DNA of 64,000 nucleotides, taken from positions 3,968,001 to 4,032,000 of the forward strand of contig JBITNC010000002.1 in assembly GCA_050084985.1 (NCBI GenBank), in the 5' to 3' direction. Shown here one piece after another: positions 47,501-59,500 of this stretch (positions are counted from its first letter, which is position 1; each line of letters starts with the position of its first letter). A program made the position numbers and the translations under genes. The stretch is from Nageia nagi (taxonomy: Eukaryota > Plantae > Pinophyta). Under the pieces are notes generated by a model. The model was not told the origin of the DNA. It did not search any database and saw nothing but the letters and a program-made list of their open reading frames with translations.

Positions 47501-50500
47501 ATACAGAGGATCTTTAGAGGGTGATCAAATGGACGGGGAGCATTCGTTGAGGAGATCCGGGAGCATGAGGAACAAGGACTCCATCCGAGGGTCTAGGGAA
47601 CAATTTGTGCCATAATTTTGGAGATCCCAATCACAGCGGATGCCACAGCAAGAGAGCCCCCTTCTCAAACACTACATGGAGACCAACGTTGGAGGAAGGG
47701 ATGATCAGCCTATCATTCCTGGGTTAAACAAACCCATGTTCACATCAAAAGAAGGAGAAGACTCTAGAGCAAGGGTGCCTGGTCCGTTGGAACTAAACAA
47801 GAATCACAGAGATTACAACATGTTGCATCCAGATGTGAGGCGAGACATCAATTTCAGCAGTTATTTGGAGTTGTTCAGGTTAAAGGGTGGCTCACATGGC
47901 CAACGTCAGTCAAGAGGGCAATGGGACGGAAAGAGAGATCTGTAGCACAAGATCAGCAAGATGCAAGTACCCACGTTTGATGGTAAGAGGATGACGCAAG
48001 GGCTTGGGTGCACTAATTGCAAACATACTTTGTTTTGAACCCTAGCATGATGGAGGAGGAAGCCATCAATTTTGCATCTTTGCATCTGGAGGGAGATGCA
48101 TTGGAGTGGTGGTGTCATGGCATGGTGAGTCAAGGCTATGCCCACATCACCACATTTGAGAAGTTCACTAGGCAGTTAGTAAAGAGGTTCCATCGGAAGA
48201 GGGAGAATGATTACTTTCGAGATCTGAATTCTTTGAGGCAGACAAAGATGATGGATGAATTTGTGATGGAGTTTCAGAAGCTGACAATGAAAATCGACCA
48301 CATTCCTGAGGAGAGGCTGACGTTCCTGTTCATTGAGGGATTGTCCGAACCATTGAGGGGAATGGTCAAGGTTTCATATCCTAGGACCTTAGACGATGCC
48401 ATTCGAGCAGCGTATGACCTGGAGCCTACCATGAAATCGCTTAGGGGAGGACCGGCCAACAAGGCGCAACCAATTCGACGGATGTGGGAAGGGCCTAGCA
48501 AGTCCAAAGCAGCTCCCATACCTGGATCGAATCAATTGGACGCTGCCGCTAGAAAGAAGCTAAGAAAAGAAGGCAAGTGCTTCTATTGCAAGAAGAAATG
48601 GGAGCCAGGACACCGTTGCGTAGGGAAAGGACAGGTACACTACATTGAGGTGCTTCTTGAGGATAGCTCGGAGGAGTTAGAACTGGATCTAAATGAGGGT
48701 GAGGGTGTGGATGACTCTTGATTGTTGCGTGTGGAGGGCACATTGGGTAGCATGATAGCTTCACTTCATAGGGTGAAGAAGTTTCTGACGTTGAAGCTGA
48801 TTGGCCAAGCTTGCGAACAGGATGTCATGATGATGATAAATCCAAGAGCATCACACAATTTCATTGATATCAATTTCACAGAGAGGAAGGACCTGAAGAA
48901 CAAAGTTTTTGAGGGCTTCCGAGTCTCAAACGCCAATGGAAAACTCACTCTAGTGGATCGAATTATGGAGAGATTGGGAGTTAAATTGCAGGGTTGTGTG
49001 GTCCGAAAAGACTTTTATCTATATCCACTCATGGGGCACCCGCATATCATCTTGGGGGTGCAATGGTTGTTTGAGTTGGGTGACATTCATACCAACTATC
49101 AAAATCTTACCATGAGGTTTGAGTTGGATGGGGTGGAATACAACCTGCAAGGGCTGCGAGATGAGGACACCCAACGGACCATAACAGGTTCGAGTTGGTT
49201 GAGCTGGGTTTGGACAGAGCCAGGTTGGCTACGTTGAGGGGGAAAGAAGGAACCCCCACGTTGAGCTTGGACAAGGCCAGAATGGCCACGTTGAGGGGGC
49301 AAGGAGGAGACACCCCCACGTTGAGCATAAATATGGCCAGGGTGACCACGTTGAAGGGACAAGGAGCTAGGAGCCCCACGAGGGGTAGGAGGCCATCCGG
49401 GGAAGTCACATTGGGTGTCCAAGGAGATTGGGACCCCATGTTGGACATGCTGACACCAGAGGGAGCTTCGTTGGGTTTTCAAGGAGGAGGGGATCCCATG
49501 TTGAGCATGAGGAGAGAAGAAATGCCTATGCGGAGTGTTCGGGAGTTCTGGAACCCCATGTTGCAGATTGGGGAATCACTCCTTGATGGGATCAGTAGGA
49601 ATCTTGAAAGGGGCCTAGGTCCAACACATTTTGTGCTGACAATCATTTTTTGCAGGACATTGCAGGTACAATTCCTTGTAGGAGTACACTCAGTTCCGTG
49701 GCTGGAGAGATTCATCCACGAACATATTCTGGGGAGTGATGGCTGTGGACACATCATGAGTTCGCAAGGTAGTAGACTAGTCAGCACTAAAGACTCGCCT
49801 CAACCAGAGGGACATGATATATGGGTGGTTTTCCAAAGAGGCAGAGTGCAACTAAAGATACCAAAGGATTCTTGGAAGACAACCCTTAGCTATCTCCTAC
49901 CATTGCTTGAGGGCAAGCAATTCGAGAGGGAACGCTTTATGACGTCCTATTTGGACCATTGACAAAATGTGTCATGGTCACTTTGTAATCTAGTGTTTGT
50001 TTATGGTCTTGTTGTACATGTGTAACTCAAGCTGGAGCTTATGGTCTGTGGACCCCACTGTGAGCCTAATAATGGGACGTCTCCACTTGAGTAGTGTTGT
50101 ATTAGTTTGTAATGGGTTATCCCAAATTGTGGGAATCCCTAGATAGGCACGAGTCCTATACATTCCAGAGTGAGCAAAAGGATACACCAGCATTGGGAGG
50201 GCCCCACTTACCCCACGTTGGCTTATGAGGTCACCTGGACCCCCATGTCAGCTTGAGGAGGCCCATTAGACCCCACGTTAGCCTTGAAGGCCTTTATGAA
50301 CCCCATGTTGGCACACTGGGCCCATGGAACCCCCACATTAGCATACTGGGCCAATATGACCCCCATGTTGGCATGGTTGACCTGTTGACCCCAACGTTGG
50401 AATAGACTTGGCTTGGGATGATAACGAGGTATGATGGATAGACACGTGAGGCTATATATTGAGGATGGAGCTCCATGAGGAGGTTAGCTATTGATTATAC

Positions 50501-53500
50501 TTCTTCTATACAGAACCTAATCAAGCATACAAGTCTTGGCAGTGCCGAGTATTATTCCTAAACGATGTCTAGAGGGGTGATAGGGTTGGGAGCTTGGCAC
50601 TCTACAAATTAGGTGGGTCACCTAGTCCATCCGATGGTATTCCGAGGGCGAGCTTCTACCTTCAGTGGTCGTCAGGGTTCGAGGAGGCTCCTTCGCAAGA
50701 GAAGACTCGAAAACTGAGGGAGTGAGTCTTCCTTGTGGTGTTCGGTTTACAGACGGTTTGGAACCCTAGATTTGGATATTGAGATCCTCATTGTACTCCA
50801 TACCATCCCATAATAAAATACAGCTTGTGTCTCTCTCCATTGTGTTGTGCATTGTTTATGTATGTGTGTGTGTCTCTTGTATACTAGTGTGAGAAGCTTG
50901 TTCTGGCTCCATATTGTTGTGTGTCCCCATCATTGGTAATTCTGTGTTGTGCATTGTTGTTGGAAGGCATTCGTGGGGTTTGTAGAGTGTTGGGGAAGCC
51001 CTAGGGGCTAACGTCAGCATTGGGTGGATCTCATTTGTTGTTGTGTGTTATTCGGGAGCCCTAAGAGGCCCATGTTGGTGCATTGAGGTATTTGTATGCC
51101 CTAGAGGGCAGTCGTTGGGTGTTTGAGGGCTGTAAAAACCCTAGCTTGGTTTGTTTTTGTTGAGGGTAATTTTGGAACATCACATAGGGACTGTTGTGAC
51201 CGGTCTATTACCATGATTCCTGTCAAAGATTACACATTTGTCATCTTCAAACACTAACTTATAATTCTTTTCCATGATTTGGTGGCCTACACTCGACAAA
51301 TTATGTTTCAAATTTGGAGTATAGTATATATCATTTAACTTCTTTTGGTCTTCCTTGGTGTTCACCTCCATGGCTCCCATGCCTTCAACTTGAAATGCTT
51401 TGTCATCTCCAAGCTTGATCTTGGACTTATAGGAGTTGTCCATTGTAGCAAACAACTCTCCCTTGCCGATCATGTGGTTTGAGCAACCAATATCAAGAAT
51501 CCATATCTCATTTAGATTTTGATCAGATTTGCCATATGTCAAGAACAAATTTGAGGATCCTTCCTCTTCTCCATAGTGTGCACTACTCCTTCCTTCTTGG
51601 GATGCCTTCAATCTACATTCTCTTCATAGTGACCAAACTTGTTACAATAGTACCATTGCTTGTTTTGTTTGTCACCTCTTCCTTGGGCTACACCTCTTCT
51701 TCCTCTACCTCTTCCTCTTGAAGGAGAATGACCCCTTCCATGGCCACTTCCATGTCCACTTGCACTAGCTTCATCCTTCTTCGATGCAAAAGCTTTTTCT
51801 TCAACATCACCAACATTTGGAGATGTAGAATTTTTTAGTCTCTCTTCATGAGACATTTGTGAACCAATCAATTGATCATAATCAAGAGTGGAAAGATCTA
51901 TGCTCTCTTCAATTATGATTGCTACATGGTTCCATTTTGGAAGAAGTGTTCTTAACACTTTCTTCACAACAACTTCATTCTTCATCTCTTCACCAAGAGT
52001 TTGCATCTTGGTTACACAAGCCTTCACTCTCGCACAATAGTCTCCAACATTTTCTCCATCTTGCATTTTGAGATTTTCAAAATATCTTTCCAAAGTTTGA
52101 ATCTTGACTTGCTTCACTTGTGCACTTCCTTGATATCCATCCTTCAAGGTTTTCCAAGCTTCTTTTGTTGTAGTACAAGAAGCAATCCTTGGAAAAATGC
52201 TTTTGTCCAAGCTCAATTGAATATGGTAGAGTGCACGATTGTTCTTATTTTAAGCCTCTTTCCTTGTATTCTTCTCAACTCCTTGGAGAGTTTTCCAATC
52301 AGTAGGTTCATTGTAGCCATCTTCTACAATATCCCAAAAGGCTTTGCCTATGAGTAGAGTTCTCATTTTTATACTCCAATACTCATAGTCATCACCATAG
52401 AATTTTGGGCATTGGTCATGAGTTATTGTTGTTAACCATTACGCTATGCACAACAAGAAGCTTTGGATCTCCCTTTTGGCAAGAACTAAATAAACTCTTA
52501 CAAAACACCCACAAGCTTACTCAAACCCAAAAAACCAACTTGGCTCTAATACCACAATGAGAAAATGTTCATTGATCTATTTCATCAAATAAGTGATTAC
52601 ATATTTACAGTTCTTTCACTTTGACAGAACTTGAGTAGAAAGCAATTGTTATAAGAATGGACTTCTCATGAATTCTACAACCAATCAAATCAACTAAAAA
52701 ACACTATCAAATCCTTGTGAATAACACAACAAACCACTATACTACATTCCTACATGTTTCGGATGATTTCAACAACAAACGACATGAAGAATGATTGCCA
52801 AACCAAAGAGAAAAATTACAAAACACACATAACTGCCAGCCTCTGGATTCTAATCGGTATGCATCAAACTGATTGATCACACAGAGCAGATCGGCATGCC
52901 AATTGAGCAGTCGGCAGGCCAGTCATACAGAACTGATCGATAGGCCAATTGGTAATCGGATTTGTGCAGGCTGACTACAGAACAAAGAATCAAAATATTG
53001 AAATTTTCTTTTGAAGATCAGGTTCAAACTCCAAAAACCACTATCAAAAGGTATCCTATGCAGTGTTCAATTAAAAAACCCAAGGTGCTTTCATCCAGTC
53101 CAGAAGACAAAATCTGAACTTCATGGAATAGTTCACTCAATATCCATAGATTCAAGTTAGCTTGGTTTCAATTCAAAATTGATATCAGAAAACAGCGCTT
53201 ATGAGAGTGCAGTGGGGTAGGGATTCCCTCTAGCCTCCAAATAGTGCCAAGATGAACCCCACTTATTAACTGGAACAAATGTTCCTGACCATAACAGTTG
53301 ATTAACTCAGAGCGAGCCCAAAGATTCCTAGAAAGAAAAGTATTTTGATGACAAGAAGTTTTCTGGATCATTTGAAAGGCATAAAATCCCCTGGTGTATT
53401 CCTAGTTGTCCCAATGTCATACACGTAGAACACTTCTCTTATTAATGCCTGCAAGATTGGTCATCATGTGCAAGTATCCTTATCCTCTATTGATTTCTTG

Positions 53501-56500
53501 GTAAAAGAAAATAATTTTACATGCTATCAAAACTTACAAACATAGCCCATCCACCATAATGTCACTTCTGCATATTATCAGAGATGTTTCTGGAACATGA
53601 TTAGACTGAACTGCAACAGAGATTATTATTATTATTATTGACCTATATAGCCCTTTGAAGGCATTCTGGCGAGAAAAATATAATCTAACCAATAGCGTCC
53701 AACCTCCAAGAATGTCAGAATCATCACAGAGAGTGAATTTTATGGACATCATTCCAGCAGAAAATCCTACTGGGAATCCAGACTCATGCTACAAAATACC
53801 AGGATTACACAGGGACATGCCCCCCCTTGGGCAACGTCCATGGGTTTTGACCCATTAAACAATATTATTGTAAATCAAGCTTTTGCCAATCCATCTAAGC
53901 TAGATTTTCCATTTGCCAACGCATCTAACTCCAAGGTACATGAAGGGCCTTATCCCCTACATATTCATTCTGTGATGATTGATTTCCATTAACATTGTAC
54001 ATTAAGTTATTCCTGTTGAAATGTTTTTTCATGTTTCATCACCTTCTCCTTCCACTTTAGAATTAATTCCCAACCACTACTGGAGATGACAAGCAGAATG
54101 GATCAGCCATTTCTTCAACGGATCCCCTTCCTCTCTGAGGAACTGATGGTTTCTTGTTCCTGCATAACAACCTCAAACAAATATATAATCAGATGGAGAA
54201 AAATTCGTAGAAACTTTTGTGTTATACAGAAAAAGTTGTTTTATTCAATGGTGCATGTGGTTCCACAATCAACTGGTTATATTAGACCATTGATTTTATA
54301 TTCCACTCAGGTCATTGACTTTAATAGACTCTGTAATGAACAAAACAAAAACACTCCAAATTTATCTCTGAATTTGATAAACTTATCTAGTCCAATTGAT
54401 TTGGTAAGTGCCTTTGTAGTCTTCTTTTAAGTTGCATAAAGATGATCAATCTCTTCATCAACAAGTTGTCGAAGTAATGATGACTAACTTCAAAAAAGGA
54501 TTCTTTACCAAATTCAATATACACCTGGATTGTGACAATTTAGTGGAGCAGGTTTTGACTGCTGCCGTTGCAATTGACTAAGAACCCTTTTGAACAACAC
54601 TTCCTAACAGATTGCATTCATTTTTGCCTTATAATCTATCTTCACGTAAGAAATGAACATTGATCTAAATTGTTTTAATTTTGGATATAAATTGTCAAAT
54701 TCAATTATTTATCTGAAATAATGGAATATTTGGTGGCAGTACTAATGAACATAGTTCTTCTGAAGAAGACAGGATAGTATTTTCTCTAATGTAAAAGGCC
54801 CTAAGTATAAAAAGGCTAAGGTGAGCACATATCTATTTAGAGTGTGCATGAATTTCATTGGCATGGCTGGTACTTGCATGTAAACTCATGACAATCCTTC
54901 TCCAAAGTAGACCAAAATAGCCCATCCTAATGACGTTCTTGACTATCTAGCATGACTGTTGAAGTGACTATTGCAAGTTCCACTATGGGCATATCCAAGG
55001 GCAACAGGGACTTTGTTTTCGGCCAAAATCTCAAGAGGAATCCACCAAAAGATCTCCTGTATAGCATACCCCCAAGGATAACATGACATTTTGCCATTAG
55101 TTTGTATTTTGTCTTGTGGAGAAAAGCCATCTGGATAGGTGTGATCAGTAAGGTATCTATTAATATCAGCATACCATGGAAATAAAATCACAAAGGCATT
55201 CTCAAAAAGCCAAATTTCTCCATAAGGAACAGCATCAGTCAGAGTGTTGGCTGAAACATCGGCTATGGCACATCCTTTGACAGACTTTTGATCGACAATT
55301 CTCAAATCAAACTCAGACATGAGCATGATCCACTTGGTAACCCTTTCACTAAGGACAGGTGTAGAAAGGATGTAATGAAGAGGATCTCATCTAATGATGA
55401 CCCACAGGTTCATGATGCAACATGTACTGTTAGGGCCGCTTGGTAGCAAAAGCATCATTAACAAAGCAGTTGTTCTCTACTGAGGTACAGTTGACCTCAT
55501 AGTCAATTAACATCTAGCTGACATAGTAGACAGCTCTTTCAGTATTAAATCATCCCCTTCAGCATGATGGATGGAGAAAATGTTAAATCTTCTACTCAAC
55601 GATCCACTTTTGATAAACATCCCTACACTGATGCTAGTTATGTTGTAACGGACTCACAGGTTGCTTATGCATTCACTTTAGTATTTTGTTTTAACATAAT
55701 TATTTTAGCTTTATTTTCTTGTTTTTAGCATCTTTTTTAGGCTTGTAGAGTATTTTATGCCCCCTATCTTCTTTTAGAGTGATATTGCCCTATTTTGATC
55801 ATCCATGGACAAAAGTGATTAACATATTTCTTTCCAACTCTGTTTTCTTTGCAATGCTCAGGAGATTTTTATGGAAAAATAAATCTTCCATCTTCTGCTT
55901 CCAAAGATAGAGATTGAAGTTATTTGGCTGAACATTTCCATATGCGAGCAAAGGATTCATCACCTGGAAGAATTAACAAAAATCACATGACCACAAAAAC
56001 GTCTGCAAGGAAAGACTTGGCCAAACAGCTTAAATAACTCAAAATTAATAACAAATCCAACTTAGCAGCAGAAAAAAATTGCTTTTAAAATATGTAATAT
56101 ACCTCTTTCCAAACCAATAAAGCATATTTTTGGCATAAATCATTAGATTTTCAGAAAATGTTGTACTGTGAAGTCCCATTTGGACCATTGACAAAATGTG
56201 TCATGGTCACTTTGTAATCTAGTGTTGTTTATAGTCATGTTGTATTTGTGTAACTCAAGTAGGAGCTTATGGTCTGTGGACCCCACTGTGAACCCAGTAA
56301 TGGGACGTCTCCCCTTGAGTAGTGTTGTGTGTGAATTGTAATGGGTTATCCCATATTGTAGGAATCCCTAGATAGGCATGTATCTTGCATAGTCCAAAGA
56401 TGCATAGAGGAGCATACCAGCGTTGGGAGGAACCCACATACCCTACGCTGGCTTATGAGGCCACTTGGACCCCTACGCCAGCTTAGGAGGCCCATTAGAC

Positions 56501-59500
56501 CCCACATCAGCATTGAGGGCCTTTATGACCCCCATGTTGGCATGGTTGACCTGTTGACCCCAACGTTGGAATAGACTTGGCTTGGGATGATAACGAGGCA
56601 TGACGGATAGACACGTGAGGCTATATATTGATGATGGAGCTCCATGATGAGGTTAGCTATTGATTATGCTTCTTCTATACTGAACCCACTTGGGCATTCA
56701 AGTCTTGGCAGTGTTGAGCATTATTCCTAGACAGCGTCTAGAGGGGTGACAGGGTTGGGAGCCTGGCATTCTACAACTTAGGTGGGTCACCTAGTCCATC
56801 CGATGGTATTTTGAGGGCAAGCTTCTACCTTCAATGGTCACCAGGGTTCGAGGAGGCTCCTTTGTAGGAGAAGATTCGAAGTCTGAGGGAGTGAGTCTTT
56901 CCTAAGGTGTTTGGCTTGCAGAGGGTTTGGAACCCTAGATCTGAGTGTTGAGATCTTCATTGTATTCCATTCCATATCATAATAAAATACAGCTTGTGTC
57001 TCTCTCCATTGTGTTGTGCATTGTTTATGTATATGTTGTGTCTCTTGTATACTGGTGTTGGAAGCTTAATTACATTCGTGGGTATTCAAGTATTGCATAT
57101 TCACCTGAGGCATTCATTGAGGTGCTAGTGTTGGTGTGTGCCTTAGAGGGCTAACGTCAAGGTATAGGGTGTGCATTGTAGGGGGTTTGTGTGCCCTAGG
57201 GGCCTAACGTGGGTGTGTCTGCATCATTCATTGAGGGTTTGAGTATCATGGTTGGAGTTGTTTTTGTTAAGGGTGATTTTAGTTCATCACATGTACAGAG
57301 GCCAAATTAGATACTCACACAGAATGAAAGCTCGAGGAAGAGATCAAGATCTAGCTGGTTCTGTCCAAACCAAGAAAGCTGATTATGTTGCAACTCTTAA
57401 GGTGGCCCCAAAAGCGCAAATGGAAACAAAATTTGAAAGGCAATAGGATGGCCATGATAGCATGTATGTTTTGTATTGTTTTGTCAAATAACCATAACAA
57501 AATATCTTCCTTTTTTAACATGCATGTCTGTATATATATCAGCCAAGACTCAATACATACGACTTATACAATTGATGTCACCAATTAGCATCTTCAGTTT
57601 TGGTATGGAGTCATTCCAGAGCAGCAATCAATCTGCCTTTGCAAGGAAACCTAGGCAAATTGAATTAAACTCCAGAATACAGAAATACATCAAACAAATG
57701 GTATGTTACTGCAAGAACACAAAAATGTGCACTAAACATGTTTTGATGATCCTTTACTGGTCATACCGAATGCTTAATTTTTTGATAATCCTCTCTGAAT
57801 GTGTTACATCTAATATGTAAAGAATGAACTCGAAAAAAACAAATGAGTTTTCCAAGCAAGAAGACACTATCCTATGGTAATTCTATGAATGGAAATCAAG
57901 AACTATCAACTATGTGCCAAATTATTTCAAGCATACCGATATATACTTGCTAAGAGGTAACCAATGACAAAAAAACATGTGCAGTTCTAGCAAATAAATG
58001 TACCTGTCCATGTTCAATGACTGTGTCATAGCCAACAATACCAAGGTCTAGATCTCCAGTGAGAAGTTCCCGCACAATATCTTTTGGCCGTCGAAACCAC
58101 ACCTCTAAGTTAGAGAGCTGAATGAAATATTTCTAACCCTGTCAGATTTCCCTTATTTACATCACAAGAATTTTCATATTAAAGCAACTATATAATCATA
58201 ACTTTTAATTTGGAAAGTACCAGAGGAGTACTATTTGTAGAAATATAAGTAGAAAATTCCAAACTAATAAGAGCCAGATAAATCAATATAGGATACCCAA
58301 AAGCATAATTGGCTGATTTTCTTTAAAATGTGCACAAATAGTAAACTGAGGATTTTATTTACAAATTTAGAGTATTTAAATATATAAGTATTCCAACATT
58401 GTCTTTTATGTATTCAAAACAATTTAGCAAAAATGAAGAAGCAAACATTCACACTAAAGAGATAAATACTTCAGGTGAAGAAACACTCTTTGGATACAGA
58501 ACTCTACAAAGATAACCTAAACGTGCTTGTTTTCCTAACTTCATCATATAACATAGATATCTGTCTACTTTGGAACAATTACACAGGTTCCCTCAATCCA
58601 GAATTTGCTATAAGGGTATTTTCTGTTTGTTGACAGATATCCAGGTTCCCTCAAAATGACCTTGAAGTTGACCTTATATTGAATTGTTTTCAACTACTAA
58701 GTCCATAAATGAAAAGAAACTATTTTTTTCAGTTATAAATTCTTCTTGTCTCTTTATGCTCTCATGGATCTTTTAGCTTGTCCCATCTAGGGTTTTTGAA
58801 ATTGTAAAGAAGGATGTTTAGAAACCTCCTCAATATACAGATTAAAGGCAGCAGGAACTATGGAAGGGAAAGAAAGAGGCAATATTAGTAGGGCCTTAAG
58901 TCAGAATCTAAATAAAGGATCTGTTGATCGAGACAATCCAATTATGCTTTGGGAACAGTTAGAGAAGGATTATAAAGATGCAGATATTTCTTAAGAGCAT
59001 GGAATAAGAAAATTGACACACTTTTTGCAATGGTTATATCAGAGATGTAAATCAGATTGAAATCTCTTCATTAAGAAGGTAAATGATGATATTCTTATTG
59101 TTGCTTTATCTGTAGAAGATATATCATCACAGGGTCTAGAATCAACTTGATTAATGCCTTGAAGAAGAACATGAACACATTTGATATGAGTGATTTTGTA
59201 GAGCTACATTATTTTTTGGGTTTACAAGTTTTAAGCTTAAGACATGAATTATTCATTTATAGGTTAAAATATGCATTAGATATGGTGAAGAAATGGATTG
59301 TAAACCTACAAAAATCCCTTTCCAATCAGGTGTGAAACTCGATTCTATGCTCTACTAAAAATGTAGATGATACATTGTTCAGTCAACTTGTTGGTAGCTT
59401 GATATTCTTACAAACATTAGACTAGATATATGTTATACCATTGGATTGGTCTCAAGGCTTATGCAGGATTTATGGAAAAGACATTGGAAGGCAACCAAAT

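Larger units (their letters stand above)
45230..51184 (+). mobile_element. Non-autonomous Ty3/Gypsy (chromovirus-like) element: LTR-gag-protease-repeats-LTR, no RT/RNase H/IN core
   Basis: TSD TAGGG (45225-45229 / 51185-51189). LTRs 45230-46824 and 49938-51184; PBS tggtagtagagcc at 46827. gag [36 protein letters not shown]; protease [18 protein letters not shown]; LEGKQF plus purine tract before the 3' LTR. Confidence 0.95.
39400..53036 (-). mobile_element. Full-length Ty1/Copia element 3 in the HISN1 intron, with nested insertions
   Basis: TSD ACCAC (39395-39399 / 53037-53041). 5' LTR 52558-53036; 3' LTR 39400-41139 (interrupted). PBS tggtattagagcca (iMet-type) 52554-52541; PPT aagggggagaa 41150-41140. 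gag 52439-51608, [15 protein letters not shown] 45273-44163, RT 44001-42969, RNase H 41750-41160. Confidence 0.96.

Noticed and set aside
53168-54430. Short ORFs as an intron-nested gene
   Set aside because: No consistent splice structure or recognisable domain; more likely old retroelement debris next to the Tat/Ogre fragment.
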